From a virus (taxonomy: Duplodnaviria > Caudoviricetes): a DNA stretch of 24,705 nt. The stretch spans positions 1 through 24,705 of the IMG/VR virus record IMGVR_UViG_3300042991_001440; one strand, 5' to 3'. The position numbers and the translations under genes were made by a program. Numbering within the stretch: position 1 is the stretch's first letter; the number at the start of each line of letters is the position of its first letter. This document shows, piece after piece, positions 16,497-24,705 of this stretch. Under the pieces are notes generated by a model, which saw nothing but the letters and a program-made list of their open reading frames with translations, was not told the origin of the DNA and searched no databases.

Positions 16497-16943
16497 TCAT
16501 GGCAGCACGATCCTGATCGGGACAACGAGCATGGCATCGCCGTCGAGGTCGCCCGGATCCTTCAGAACCTTCCCCTCGATACGGCATTGGTATGCTACGC
16601 CTCCGAGCGTATTCCGACCTATGAGGTCGTCGGATCCCGTGGGGACGAATGCAACGTCCAACGCGTCCAGCACATTGTCGAGCAACGTGGCGCCTATTGC
16701 GCTCGGATCCTTCGCATTGAGGTATACGAAAAGCCTGATCTCCATGATCCGCTTCGGGCGGGCGTTCTCGGTCCACATATAGACATCCTCGCCACCTTCA
16801 AACAAGAAGCACGCGGGGCGAGCCGAGAGCGAGACATCATTCCACAGCTTGAGCCGCCGGACCGGACCTGTCTTCCAGGAATAGGCGCCGGCAACCAGCG
16901 TTTCCAGTGCGGTGATCGCGGTGTCACGCGTCAATATCGGCAT
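16497..16943 (-). CDS. Tail terminator / tail completion protein (putative)
   Basis: ATG 16943 with GGAGG. PACFLFEG and NTLGGVAYQCRIEG motifs. Last gene before the tail tube. Confidence 0.7.
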   Translation of the reverse strand: MPILTRDTAITALETLVAGAYSWKTGPVRRLKLWNDVSLSARPACFLFEGGEDVYMWTENARPKRIMEIRLFVYLNAKDPSAIGATLLDNVLDALDVAFVPTGSDDLIGRNTLGGVAYQCRIEGKVLKDPGDLDGDAMLVVPIRIVLP

Positions 16944-17003
16944 GGGTCCACCTCCGGATCGTCCAAATGCATGACATGCTGCCGAAACCAATAGGCTCCT
17001 GCA

Positions 17004-17144
17004 CTGGAGCAATTTTCAACAACGTGGGGTGCACCTCCATCTTTTGATCTCGACGTTTGGAGTGCTCGACGTCGAGGCGAAATTGCGACAAAGCCAGTAC
17101 GTCGATTCGGTTGCCGATTCCAGAGGATCGGAAACCGCTCTAAG
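17004..17144. repeat. Degenerate CTAG-type palindromic repeat
   Basis: ctggagcaattt...aaattgcgacaaa...cggttgccgat-tccagagg-atcggaaaccgctctaa has the same two-hairpin layout with mutated termini. Confidence 0.6.
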
Positions 17145-17159
17145 TGATCGCACACCGGC

Positions 17160-17594
17160 TCATGCGCGACCGAATGCGACGAGGATAGCCTCCTTGTGAG
17201 TGGTCACGAATGCCGTCGTCTCATGGTCGATCGCCCGGGCGCGCTTGGCACTCGGCGTGATCCTGGATATGTTGCGGTCCGGCAAGGGACATTTCAGCTT
17301 TTTGCCACGTATCACAAGGTCCGTGGCTCGGCTCTTCACGCCGAGGATCTCACGAGCCGCATGTTTCACGGCAAGAGCTTGCACCGAGGCTAGTTCGTCC
17401 TCTTCGGGACCCCCCCTCACGCCGACATCATCGACGAACAAAGTCAACGATCGCATCAACTCGGACAAGCCCGTTAGGGCCCCAGGTAGGTCAGACGGGT
17501 CACGCTGATCCCCGATCCGCGCCGTCATGGCCTCGCGAAGCGCGCCTATTCCCCCCGCGAGCATGTCGCGGCCACTCGCCTCGGGCCTCTTCAT
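17160..17594 (-). CDS. Divergent neck protein (HK97 gp10-like position), function uncertain
   Basis: ATG 17594 overlaps the upstream TGA (ATGA). 144 aa. Assignment is mainly by synteny. Confidence 0.5.
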   Translation of the reverse strand: MKRPEASGRDMLAGGIGALREAMTARIGDQRDPSDLPGALTGLSELMRSLTLFVDDVGVRGGPEEDELASVQALAVKHAAREILGVKSRATDLVIRGKKLKCPLPDRNISRITPSAKRARAIDHETTAFVTTHKEAILVAFGRA

Positions 17595-18415
17595 GTCGTG
17601 ACAACCCTTCGATAGGGCTGCAGGACCGTCCTGACGAGGTCCGGAATATCCTTGACAATAAAGGACACGCTTTCGTGTCCGCCCAAGGACTTCGCGCGCT
17701 GGCCGATCCGCGAACGATATTGATACTGATCGGCAGCCCATTCTATACAACACCGAGCGAGGTCACCCGGGACATATCCATACGAGATCATCACCTGGGT
17801 GGCGGCGTCGAAGGCGGAAAAGGTGTAGGCGCCACCGTCGTCATATTCGTATTGAGCGGGGCCCGGATTGCTCGCCACATTGACGAGCGGGGTGCCATTA
17901 GAGTCCGTGACGCCCGCGTCGCTCGCAAACATCCCTTGGGCCGCGCGGACGGTCACGGTAAACGGCGCCACAGAGGGCACGAGCCAGGATTCGTTCGAAA
18001 CCTGGTAGCCGGCATAATAGGAAACCTCGATGTTCTGGACTCCCCTCGCAAACGTCCCTCGGCGCAACGACAACCGCTGCATACGGCCCGGAGGGGCGCT
18101 CTCCGCCGAATCGACGATATAGCCCCTATCCGCATTCACGGCGACGCTGGAGGAAGCTGGAATGGCCATCCCATCGACCGTACATGACACCACCGAGGTT
18201 ACCGGCCATTGTCGCAACAGAATCGAGGCCTCGTGGCCTCCGTCGAAACGGTCCGTATAGAGCTCGGGAATAATCGACGGACGACCCAGATAGGCAAGCA
18301 TCGCTCGGCTGGTTCGAGATATAAGGTCGTCGAGCTGGACGTCGTCATCACTACCGGACACGCCGAGCCACCCTTTCAGGTCGGCAAGCCGTGCAAGATC
18401 GCATGTTGATCCCAT
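17591..18415 (-). CDS. Head-tail adaptor (gp6/gp15-like) with inserted beta domains
   Basis: LARLADLKGWLG..DDVQLDDLISRTS, V.YYAGY, SYGYVPGDL and VLQPYRRV. ATG at 18415. Confidence 0.82.
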   Translation of the reverse strand: MGSTCDLARLADLKGWLGVSGSDDDVQLDDLISRTSRAMLAYLGRPSIIPELYTDRFDGGHEASILLRQWPVTSVVSCTVDGMAIPASSSVAVNADRGYIVDSAESAPPGRMQRLSLRRGTFARGVQNIEVSYYAGYQVSNESWLVPSVAPFTVTVRAAQGMFASDAGVTDSNGTPLVNVASNPGPAQYEYDDGGAYTFSAFDAATQVMISYGYVPGDLARCCIEWAADQYQYRSRIGQRAKSLGGHESVSFIVKDIPDLVRTVLQPYRRVVTT

Positions 18416-18583
18416 GATAAGAGCTTTCGTTCCTTCCGAGCCCCCGCAACGCACCGAGCGGGTCGGCGTCCGACTGGAGGCCCGCGCAGCATCAGACTGG
18501 TCTTATCGGTGGCTGATGCGCGCGGGATACCAGATGCTGCGTGTCCCGGTTGTGGCGAGGCAACGCGGTGACGACGCTGCTGC

Positions 18584-18895
18584 TCAGCCGGCTAGCGCCC
18601 TACGTGCGGCGGCTCGCAACCCCTCATTGGTGATTGGCAGGGACACCGACACTCGTCGCGACCGCAGCAGCGAGAAGAGACCGCTTCGGTCGAGCCTGGC
18701 GACGTCATCCACGTCGGCACCCGACAGGCGCTTTGCGGTCTCCGATACATGGACTGGAACCAGGCCATGAGCGGCGAGAATGCCAGCGCCGAGCTCGTCC
18801 ACATCGATCAAGCCGTCACTATCGATCGATAGCAGCTGCCCATTGTAGGACACCGACCCGCAACCTCGGGGAACGCGAAGCTTCATCATAGGCAT
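18584..18895 (-). CDS. Small head-associated (decoration/completion) protein
   Basis: Directly after the capsid gene with a GAGG RBS. N-terminal beta domain plus a short helical C-terminal domain. Confidence 0.65.
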   Translation of the reverse strand: MPMMKLRVPRGCGSVSYNGQLLSIDSDGLIDVDELGAGILAAHGLVPVHVSETAKRLSGADVDDVARLDRSGLFSLLRSRRVSVSLPITNEGLRAAARRALAG

Positions 18896-18932
18896 CCTCT
18901 TGCACCACTTCGTAACCTTTCGGGACGATCGC

Positions 18933-18970
18933 TACGCTGGAGCCGCGCAGGCATGCGCGGCTCCAGCGTA
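18933..18970. promoter_or_regulatory. Perfect 17-bp hairpin just after the capsid stop codon
   Basis: tacgctggagccgcgca-ggca-tgcgcggctccagcgta, with no U-tract. Confidence 0.75.
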
Positions 18971-18974
18971 TGGG

Positions 18975-20492
18975 TCACCCATTGCCGATATTGGTGATCA
19001 ACGCCATCGACGGCGGGAAGTAATTCTGTAGGACCTCGTCGGCATAGACGCCATACTCGTATTTTCGTGTGCGGAGCGGCCATTCGATCTGATAATAGTC
19101 CTGGCGGGTTCGGATTTGAACCACATTACCGACCCCGGCGAGCGGGTACGGCAACATCTTCGTCGTGAACAGAATCGTTCCGGCTGGCATATTCGGGTGG
19201 ATGCGGACATCGACAGCGCTACCGCCCTGCATGGAGTAGCGATTCAAGTAAGTGCGAACCATGATTCCACCGCCGACCATATCTTGCGCCGCTTCGAATA
19301 CGAACCGCTGCGCCGAATTCGTCGACCCCAGCATGACCTTATTCGAGATGTTCGTCGCTTCCTGCGAGCTCACCCACATGGTGTCCGGGGACAGGCGGTA
19401 GGTATCCCACATCGATCGCAACACGAGGTCGACCTCGACGATGCCGCCGGATCCATCGGCAGTGAGCGGCGTACCCGTTCCTGCTGATCCGGTCGGCATG
19501 GCAAGGAGGTAGGACCCCGAGCCCGGCTTGGTCGCCTGGTAGATCAGCCCGTCGAAGGCCAGCGCGTTCTGCGACCAATCGGCTGGGGGCAAGTCGGATG
19601 CCTGCTGGGTACCTGCCGCGGCCGCCGTGATCACGGTCGAATTGATGGTCGTGATCTCACCGAGACGCTCGGAGCCGGAGGCGCCCCAGAACCACGCATA
19701 CCCCGCGGCACCCGGGACGAGCGTCACAGTCGCGGCGATGGAGCCGGTCGATTCGGTCGTCACGATTGTCGCCGCGGCACTCTGCCGCGCCGCGCCGCCA
19801 CCGAACGTGTCCGTGGAATTGTCGGCATTGGTTCGAACGATCGACGCCTGAATGCCGCTCGTGACCGATCCGTTCAGCAAGCCGTCGAGTGATAGCGCGA
19901 CACACACCACGGACCAGGTTTGTGCCACGAGGCTTCCATCCGTGGTCGAGGCCGTGAGCGTCGGGGTGGGCGTCGTGCCAAGGGCAACAGAGGAATTGCC
20001 CCCAAGGATCATAGCCTCCTCGCCGAGCATCAGCGCTTCGAGGCCGGTCTTTGCGGCGACGGCACGAACGTCGTCGAATTCCTGGCCCGCATATTGGGCT
20101 TCGAAATCGACACTTGTCTCGACACCAATGCCCTTGTACGTGGCGGTATAGTCCTGCGTCGAGACGGCGAGGACGCCACCTCGATTGGCCGCGGACACCC
20201 CGAAGCGCAACCCAGCTGTGTTGATCGCGGTGATCGCACGCCATGCCGCCTGAATGCCACCCTTTCCGGAAACCCGTGGTATGATATTGCGAAGCGGGGT
20301 CATGACCGGATAGAGGAACTTCGCACCGAGCTCTAGATCATAGAAGGTGAGGCCCGAGGTGGCACTCGCACTCGGACCGAACGTCGATTTGCCGAGAGGA
20401 GCGAGGTCCTTGAACCTCGGGTCGCCGAGCGGCCTTCGCTGCGCCGCCTTCAGCCTGTCCAGTACGTCCTGAACATCAGTGTGGATCGTCAT
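18975..20492 (-). CDS. Major capsid protein (505 aa, with inserted beta domain)
   Basis: Follows the protease and has an AGGAG RBS. YDLE..AK.LYPV.TPLRN.IPRV, EEAMILGGN, IHPNMPAGTI and YEYGVYADEVL motifs. Confidence 0.85.
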   Translation of the reverse strand: MTIHTDVQDVLDRLKAAQRRPLGDPRFKDLAPLGKSTFGPSASATSGLTFYDLELGAKFLYPVMTPLRNIIPRVSGKGGIQAAWRAITAINTAGLRFGVSAANRGGVLAVSTQDYTATYKGIGVETSVDFEAQYAGQEFDDVRAVAAKTGLEALMLGEEAMILGGNSSVALGTTPTPTLTASTTDGSLVAQTWSVVCVALSLDGLLNGSVTSGIQASIVRTNADNSTDTFGGGAARQSAAATIVTTESTGSIAATVTLVPGAAGYAWFWGASGSERLGEITTINSTVITAAAAGTQQASDLPPADWSQNALAFDGLIYQATKPGSGSYLLAMPTGSAGTGTPLTADGSGGIVEVDLVLRSMWDTYRLSPDTMWVSSQEATNISNKVMLGSTNSAQRFVFEAAQDMVGGGIMVRTYLNRYSMQGGSAVDVRIHPNMPAGTILFTTKMLPYPLAGVGNVVQIRTRQDYYQIEWPLRTRKYEYGVYADEVLQNYFPPSMALITNIGNG

Positions 20493-20559
20493 GTCTTGCT
20501 CCTAATGGCAGCGAATGGCCGGCTGATTGTCGGATGCCCGGTGTCGGATACCGGTGCGT

Positions 20560-20676
20560 CAACGCAATCCATTTGAGGTAGATTGCGCAAGCTTGCTTAC
20601 GATACCGCTCGACATTTGCGGATTTGGTCACGTTCATGAAGTTGGATCTATTCGATCTGAATGCATGGTGATCTGG
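20560..20676 (-). repeat. Degenerate palindromic repeat of a second family
   Basis: Minus strand CCAGATCACCATGCATTCAGATCGAATAGATCCAACTTCATGAACGTGACC is an imperfect inverted repeat. It resembles, from memory, the CTAGATCACGATGA...TCATGAACGTGATC repeats of Hyphomicrobiales. A second hairpin is cgcaatc...gattgcg. Confidence 0.55.
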
Positions 20677-20684
20677 CACAATCC

Positions 20685-21794
20685 CTACTTGAGGAATGTA
20701 CGGCCGTTGCGCTGGGCAAGCCGTATAGCGAGAACGGAAAGAGCCTCGGGCTCCGATAGCAAGGAGTCTATCCGAGCCTCGGGCTGCCGGTCGAATGCTG
20801 CATCGTCGTGCTTGGCCACAGCCCGGCCTCCTCCGGAAAAAGGGAGCGGAAGTGGTTGCTGCTCGATGTTCTTGACCCGTTGGAGGACATCGGCGAGCAC
20901 GGCCGCCAGGGTATCGAGACGCTTTTGTACGGTCAGCGGCATCGAACTGGTGGCGGGATGCGGAGTGGCGCCTTCCACAACGGGTCCATAGCCGCGGGGG
21001 TGGATTTCGCTGTGCTGTTGATCTCGGTCCACATCGGGACGGATCCGGTCACGTGCGGCCTTGGCGGCGCGACCGACCCCGCGGATACCGTCCCGCGAGG
21101 CGCGGGTACGGCCCCGGCGCGGCTCGATGTCGCCTGTCATCGCGCGCAGGATCTCCGCAAGGCGATCTGATACACCCACAATGTCGCTCAGCATGTCCGC
21201 GAGGTCGGGTGCGGCGCCGAGATCAGACGCAGACAGGCTCTCGAGCCATTCCAGGTTCCCCACCAGCGCCTCGAGCTTCGCTACGACGCTCGAACCCGGC
21301 TCGAAGCCCCGCAGCTCGGGGGTTCCGTCCGCCTTGATCATCTCGAAGCGAGCCGCTGCAAGGCAGGGGAGATCGACCAACGAAATCTCGCTCGGTATCG
21401 CAGTATAGCGCATCAGGCCTGCTTCATCGGTCCACCTCCGCTCGTAGGTGCCGCCTTGCGAGAACCCGGTATAGACACCCTCGGTGACCTTGATCCATTC
21501 GGCTGCGTCAACCACCTTGGCGGAGATCTCGATCTGCCGCGCGTCGTCGTTGAACGTGATGGCGGTTACCTTTCCGGCCGCAACCGAACCATGCATCGCG
21601 CGTAGATTTCCGCGTGACTTGCCTCCGGTCGATTGCGCAATCTCTTCCGACCACCGCTGGTAATGGGGCTTTGTCGACGCATAGTCGCATATCTCGCCGG
21701 TCCGATCCTCTACTTCTGCGGTGGCGACACCATAGACGAGATGCTGCGTGGCGTCGACCTTGGTGATCGGGATGAACAGGGACAGGTCACCCAT
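20685..21794 (-). CDS. Prohead maturation protease fused to a scaffold-like C-terminal region
   Basis: ATG 21794 with GGAG. LVYGVAT.E..D, LRAMH (His), YTGFSQGG (Ser) and EISLVDLP motifs, followed by a helical low-complexity C-terminus. Confidence 0.82.
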   Translation of the reverse strand: MGDLSLFIPITKVDATQHLVYGVATAEVEDRTGEICDYASTKPHYQRWSEEIAQSTGGKSRGNLRAMHGSVAAGKVTAITFNDDARQIEISAKVVDAAEWIKVTEGVYTGFSQGGTYERRWTDEAGLMRYTAIPSEISLVDLPCLAAARFEMIKADGTPELRGFEPGSSVVAKLEALVGNLEWLESLSASDLGAAPDLADMLSDIVGVSDRLAEILRAMTGDIEPRRGRTRASRDGIRGVGRAAKAARDRIRPDVDRDQQHSEIHPRGYGPVVEGATPHPATSSMPLTVQKRLDTLAAVLADVLQRVKNIEQQPLPLPFSGGGRAVAKHDDAAFDRQPEARIDSLLSEPEALSVLAIRLAQRNGRTFLK

Positions 21795-21971
21795 TCGTAA
21801 CTCCACTGATAGGGCCGACTATCGGCGGCCGCTGCTGCTGCTGCTGGTTTCTGGTAGCGTAGAGAATTCCGATGGGCGCGTCAGAGTACGTCGGTGCCAC
21901 GGCGCGGGATCCGGCGATGGTTCGGTGGCCTCGCGACAAAGCGGGCCTCAGGGCTGGAAACGGGTAGCGCG

Positions 21972-23327
21972 CTATTCCGGGAGCGCAACATAGCCCGAGC
22001 GCGACGTTGTCATCGGCCGCGCGGCGCAAGCCTCCGGATAGGGCTCGTGCCCGAGCGCGGCACGCGCCTCGTTGAGCGTGAGGATTCCGCTCGCTGTGTA
22101 GCTCGATAGGATCTTCTCTTGTACGGCCGGATCGATCTGGTTGCTGTTGCACCAGCAAAACTCCAGATCGGGTCCGTCGAGCTCGGTGGCGAGGATATCA
22201 TCCACGAGACGCTTCACCCAGCCGAGGATCGGTGCCAGTCCCTCCTCCTCCGAGAGGTCCTTTTGGGTCTCCGCAGTGGCTCGATTCATCGATTGGGTAA
22301 GCGCTTGCGGCGATACCGAAAGGGCGAAGCAGACGATCCGCGCCAGCCATTCGTCGAAGGCCCCCTTCAGCTCCGGCGCGGATGTTTGCACAAACGTTCT
22401 GGCTACCCCACCGGGAACGAACTTTGCCCGCCGACGACGACCTTGGTCTCCATCGAAATAGGCATCCCAGTATGTTTGGTACGACGCGATTTGATCCGGG
22501 GTCCAGCTCTCGGGCACGCCGATGAGGCTATCGGGAATGTTCCCCTCGGTAAAATAGTCGAGCAAGTACATTTGCCGGCGGAGCGCGATATTGACGGTCG
22601 TGAGAATTTGCTCCACGGGGCTGAACCCATAGGCACGGTTGACGCGAACATTGCGGGGACGATAGATCAGGTCGCGAACCGAATACTCGATCGCGGGATA
22701 GCCTTTCAGGATCTGCTGATAGGCGGGTGGATAGACGACCGTACCGTTCTCCACGTAGGGTTGCGCTGTGCGCCCCCAGGCGTCGAGGATCGGCTTGAGC
22801 GTAGCGCCGTCGAGCGGCATCAGGGCTTTGAGCCGGCCGCTGCGATCACGGCTCATGTAGAGAGCCGTGGCGTCGGTCACGAAAACCTCCTCCAGCAGGA
22901 TCCTGAGCCAATCGGCAAAGCCGTGGACTCCGTCCGGCCGCTCCAGGAATCGCCTCGCTGCGGCAATTCGCTCTCGGCCGGCAGGCGGGAGGTGCGCGCC
23001 GTTCCGTGGGTTGATCGTCCACGCATGGCGGGCGACCTGATCCTTGCGGGTCTCGATGACGAGGCGAAGGAGGTCGTAGCCGTCGGCCAGCGCTCGCATT
23101 GTCGCAAAGGTGACCGGCTCGTAGGGCCGCGATTGGGTCGAGAGATTATAGCCGGCGGGAAAATCCCATTGGCGGCCGGCGATCTCTTGCGGCGCGAGCG
23201 GCATCATGGGAGCCGATGGGCCAAACCAGCCCGCGGCACCGGCGGTCCTCGTCGCCGGCGCGAAGCTGACATTGACCTCATAGGGGCTCAGCGACCAGAT
23301 TCGCTGCCCCGCGCCACGCTCGGCCAT
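21972..23327 (-). CDS. Portal protein
   Basis: ATG 23327 with GAGGGAG. PLDGAT, YGFSPVEQI, YFTEGN.P, NRATAE and G.LTLNEAR..LG..P motifs. Confidence 0.9.
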   Translation of the reverse strand: MAERGAGQRIWSLSPYEVNVSFAPATRTAGAAGWFGPSAPMMPLAPQEIAGRQWDFPAGYNLSTQSRPYEPVTFATMRALADGYDLLRLVIETRKDQVARHAWTINPRNGAHLPPAGRERIAAARRFLERPDGVHGFADWLRILLEEVFVTDATALYMSRDRSGRLKALMPLDGATLKPILDAWGRTAQPYVENGTVVYPPAYQQILKGYPAIEYSVRDLIYRPRNVRVNRAYGFSPVEQILTTVNIALRRQMYLLDYFTEGNIPDSLIGVPESWTPDQIASYQTYWDAYFDGDQGRRRRAKFVPGGVARTFVQTSAPELKGAFDEWLARIVCFALSVSPQALTQSMNRATAETQKDLSEEEGLAPILGWVKRLVDDILATELDGPDLEFCWCNSNQIDPAVQEKILSSYTASGILTLNEARAALGHEPYPEACAARPMTTSRSGYVALPE

Positions 23328-23394
23328 GTTGACTCCCTCGTGTCTCGATGATCTCGATTCGGGCCGGGCGCGGGCCGGCCCCCGATGCTTTGCC

Positions 23395-24705
23395 CTATCG
23401 GGCTTTGCTTTCCGCGAGCGCCGCACGGCGGTAGAACTCGATGATACCGGTCGCGTCATCCGTTCGGAACAGGTGGGTCAATGCCCAGATCGCCGCATCC
23501 GCGTGGTCGGGGCTGCCAGCTCCGGCATAGCCTGCCGCGGAGAACGCGCAGAGCTGATCCTCGAGCTTGGCGAACCGGCCCACGTGATGGACCCGGCCTT
23601 GCGCATAGCGCACCGAGACCGGCTCCGCCCTCACGGCCTTGCCGCGACTCGCCGTGACGAGGCGCACCGGCACGTTCGGATCGGCCGCCGCGATCGTCGC
23701 GCGGACCATTTCGCCTCCGAAATTGCTCTCGGCGACAATGCAATCGGCCCGAAATTCGTGAAACGCAACGACCGCTCGCCGTCCCCATACCGCCGGCGCG
23801 TCGCGACAGGAACGATCGGAGAGGATGTAGCAGTCGCCATCGAGTCCTCGAGCTGCCACGATGATCCCGATCTCGTCGGCGGCGAGATCGTCCTGGCCGG
23901 CCGCACCGGATGGATCGAGCCCGACAACCACCGCGGCCCGCTTTTCCTCGGGAATGTCCTCGGGCGAGCAGCGGGCCTTGTCGATCACCTCGTAGGTCCA
24001 CAGCGCGCCATCGACTTCGTCTACGTAGACGCCGTCGTAGAAGCGCTTGCGTTGCTTTTCCGGCAGGTTCTCCAGGCTGCGCAGGAAGTCCTGCGACAGG
24101 TTCGCTGCATTGTCGTTCGGATTCAGGAATGCGAGCTCGTAGCTCTCGGGGTCCTTCAAGGGCTGCTTAGAGACCGGGTCACGTTTGTCGCGGAACAGCA
24201 CATGGGTCCAATGCGACTTGCCGACCGGATTGAGATCCACGAAGGCCTTCTGGTCGATCGGTGGCGCGACCTGGGCCAGCCGCGTGAATGCGACAAGGGC
24301 CGACGCGTAGGGGATTTGCGAGGCCTCGTTGAGGAAAACGCTCGCATATTCCCGTCCGAGGATCTTCTCCACACGGTCCTTGTCGTCGAGACCTCCGATC
24401 CAGATGCGCGACCCGTTCGGGAAGGCGAAAAATGCGTCCTGGCGATGCTCCTTGAGCACCGCCTGAGGAAAGCAGAGTTGCATCACGCGTGGCAAGGTGT
24501 CTAGTGCGATCGAAGCGCGCGCGGCATTCGCATGGAACCGTAGGATGGCATGGCGCGATCCGGCGGCCTCGAGCGCGCGCCCTACAATCGCGCGGACAAT
24601 GAGGAACGTCTTGCCGGATCTCGTACCACCGGCCAGACACGTATAACGTCGCGGTCCTTCCAGGAGACGAAGAGCCACCTCCTGGCCGGCGCTGAATTTC
24701 ACCAT
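23395..24705 (-). CDS. terL: Terminase large subunit
   Basis: Walker A GGTRSGKT, Walker B VFLNE, DLNP coupling motif, and nuclease VGLDPS, AESNFGG and PDHADA. Confidence 0.93.
   Translation of the reverse strand: MVKFSAGQEVALRLLEGPRRYTCLAGGTRSGKTFLIVRAIVGRALEAAGSRHAILRFHANAARASIALDTLPRVMQLCFPQAVLKEHRQDAFFAFPNGSRIWIGGLDDKDRVEKILGREYASVFLNEASQIPYASALVAFTRLAQVAPPIDQKAFVDLNPVGKSHWTHVLFRDKRDPVSKQPLKDPESYELAFLNPNDNAANLSQDFLRSLENLPEKQRKRFYDGVYVDEVDGALWTYEVIDKARCSPEDIPEEKRAAVVVGLDPSGAAGQDDLAADEIGIIVAARGLDGDCYILSDRSCRDAPAVWGRRAVVAFHEFRADCIVAESNFGGEMVRATIAAADPNVPVRLVTASRGKAVRAEPVSVRYAQGRVHHVGRFAKLEDQLCAFSAAGYAGAGSPDHADAAIWALTHLFRTDDATGIIEFYRRAALAESKAR

Larger units (their letters stand above)
738..24705 (-). 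mobile_element. Prophage or GTA-like virion morphogenesis and lysis cluster (non-contractile tail, RcGTA-type tail tip)
   Basis: Co-oriented genes from terminase to lysis in canonical order with several overlapping stop/start codons. No integrase, repressor or replication gene in the window. The upstream boundary is outside the window. Confidence 0.9.

Noticed and set aside
13204-17012. Contractile injection system or R-type tailocin
   Set aside because: No sheath or contractile baseplate wedge genes are present, and the element has full head and DNA-packaging genes.
20476-20679. 67-aa ORF between the protease and capsid genes
   Set aside because: It coincides with a degenerate palindromic repeat and overlaps the capsid start, so it is probably not a gene.
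21832-21846. (CTG)5 microsatellite and the 21787-22158 ORF encoding poly-Gln
   Set aside because: The repeat is short and intergenic. The ORF overlaps the portal out of frame and has no recognisable features.

Overview
High-GC DNA, probably alphaproteobacterial (inferred from the gene families and repeat types). Almost the whole window (738-24705, minus strand) is one head-tail-lysis operon of a siphovirus-like prophage or gene-transfer-agent (GTA)-like element. The order is large terminase, portal, prohead protease/scaffold, major capsid, head-completion and neck genes, tail tube, tail chaperone with a -1 frameshift, short tape measure, an RcGTA-type tail tip (TIM-barrel, DUF2460, DUF2163, NlpC/P60, Phage-tail_3), an Mtd_N-type fibre, two SGNH proteins, a DUF3380 endolysin and holin-like genes. 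It ends at a terminator next to a host glutathione peroxidase. No integrase, repressor or replication gene is in the window. The main anomaly is a two-gene cassette between two paralogous DUF2460 domains: an R-S-E mono-ADP-ribosyltransferase with a 'WDESEHPRGDDGRFG' leader, a translationally coupled small acidic protein, and a terminator. This looks like a virion-delivered toxin/immunity pair. Several intergenic gaps carry CTAG-bounded palindromic repeats in different states of decay while the genes stay open, which suggests a long-resident, possibly domesticated element. All family calls come from motif recognition and gene order, not database searches.
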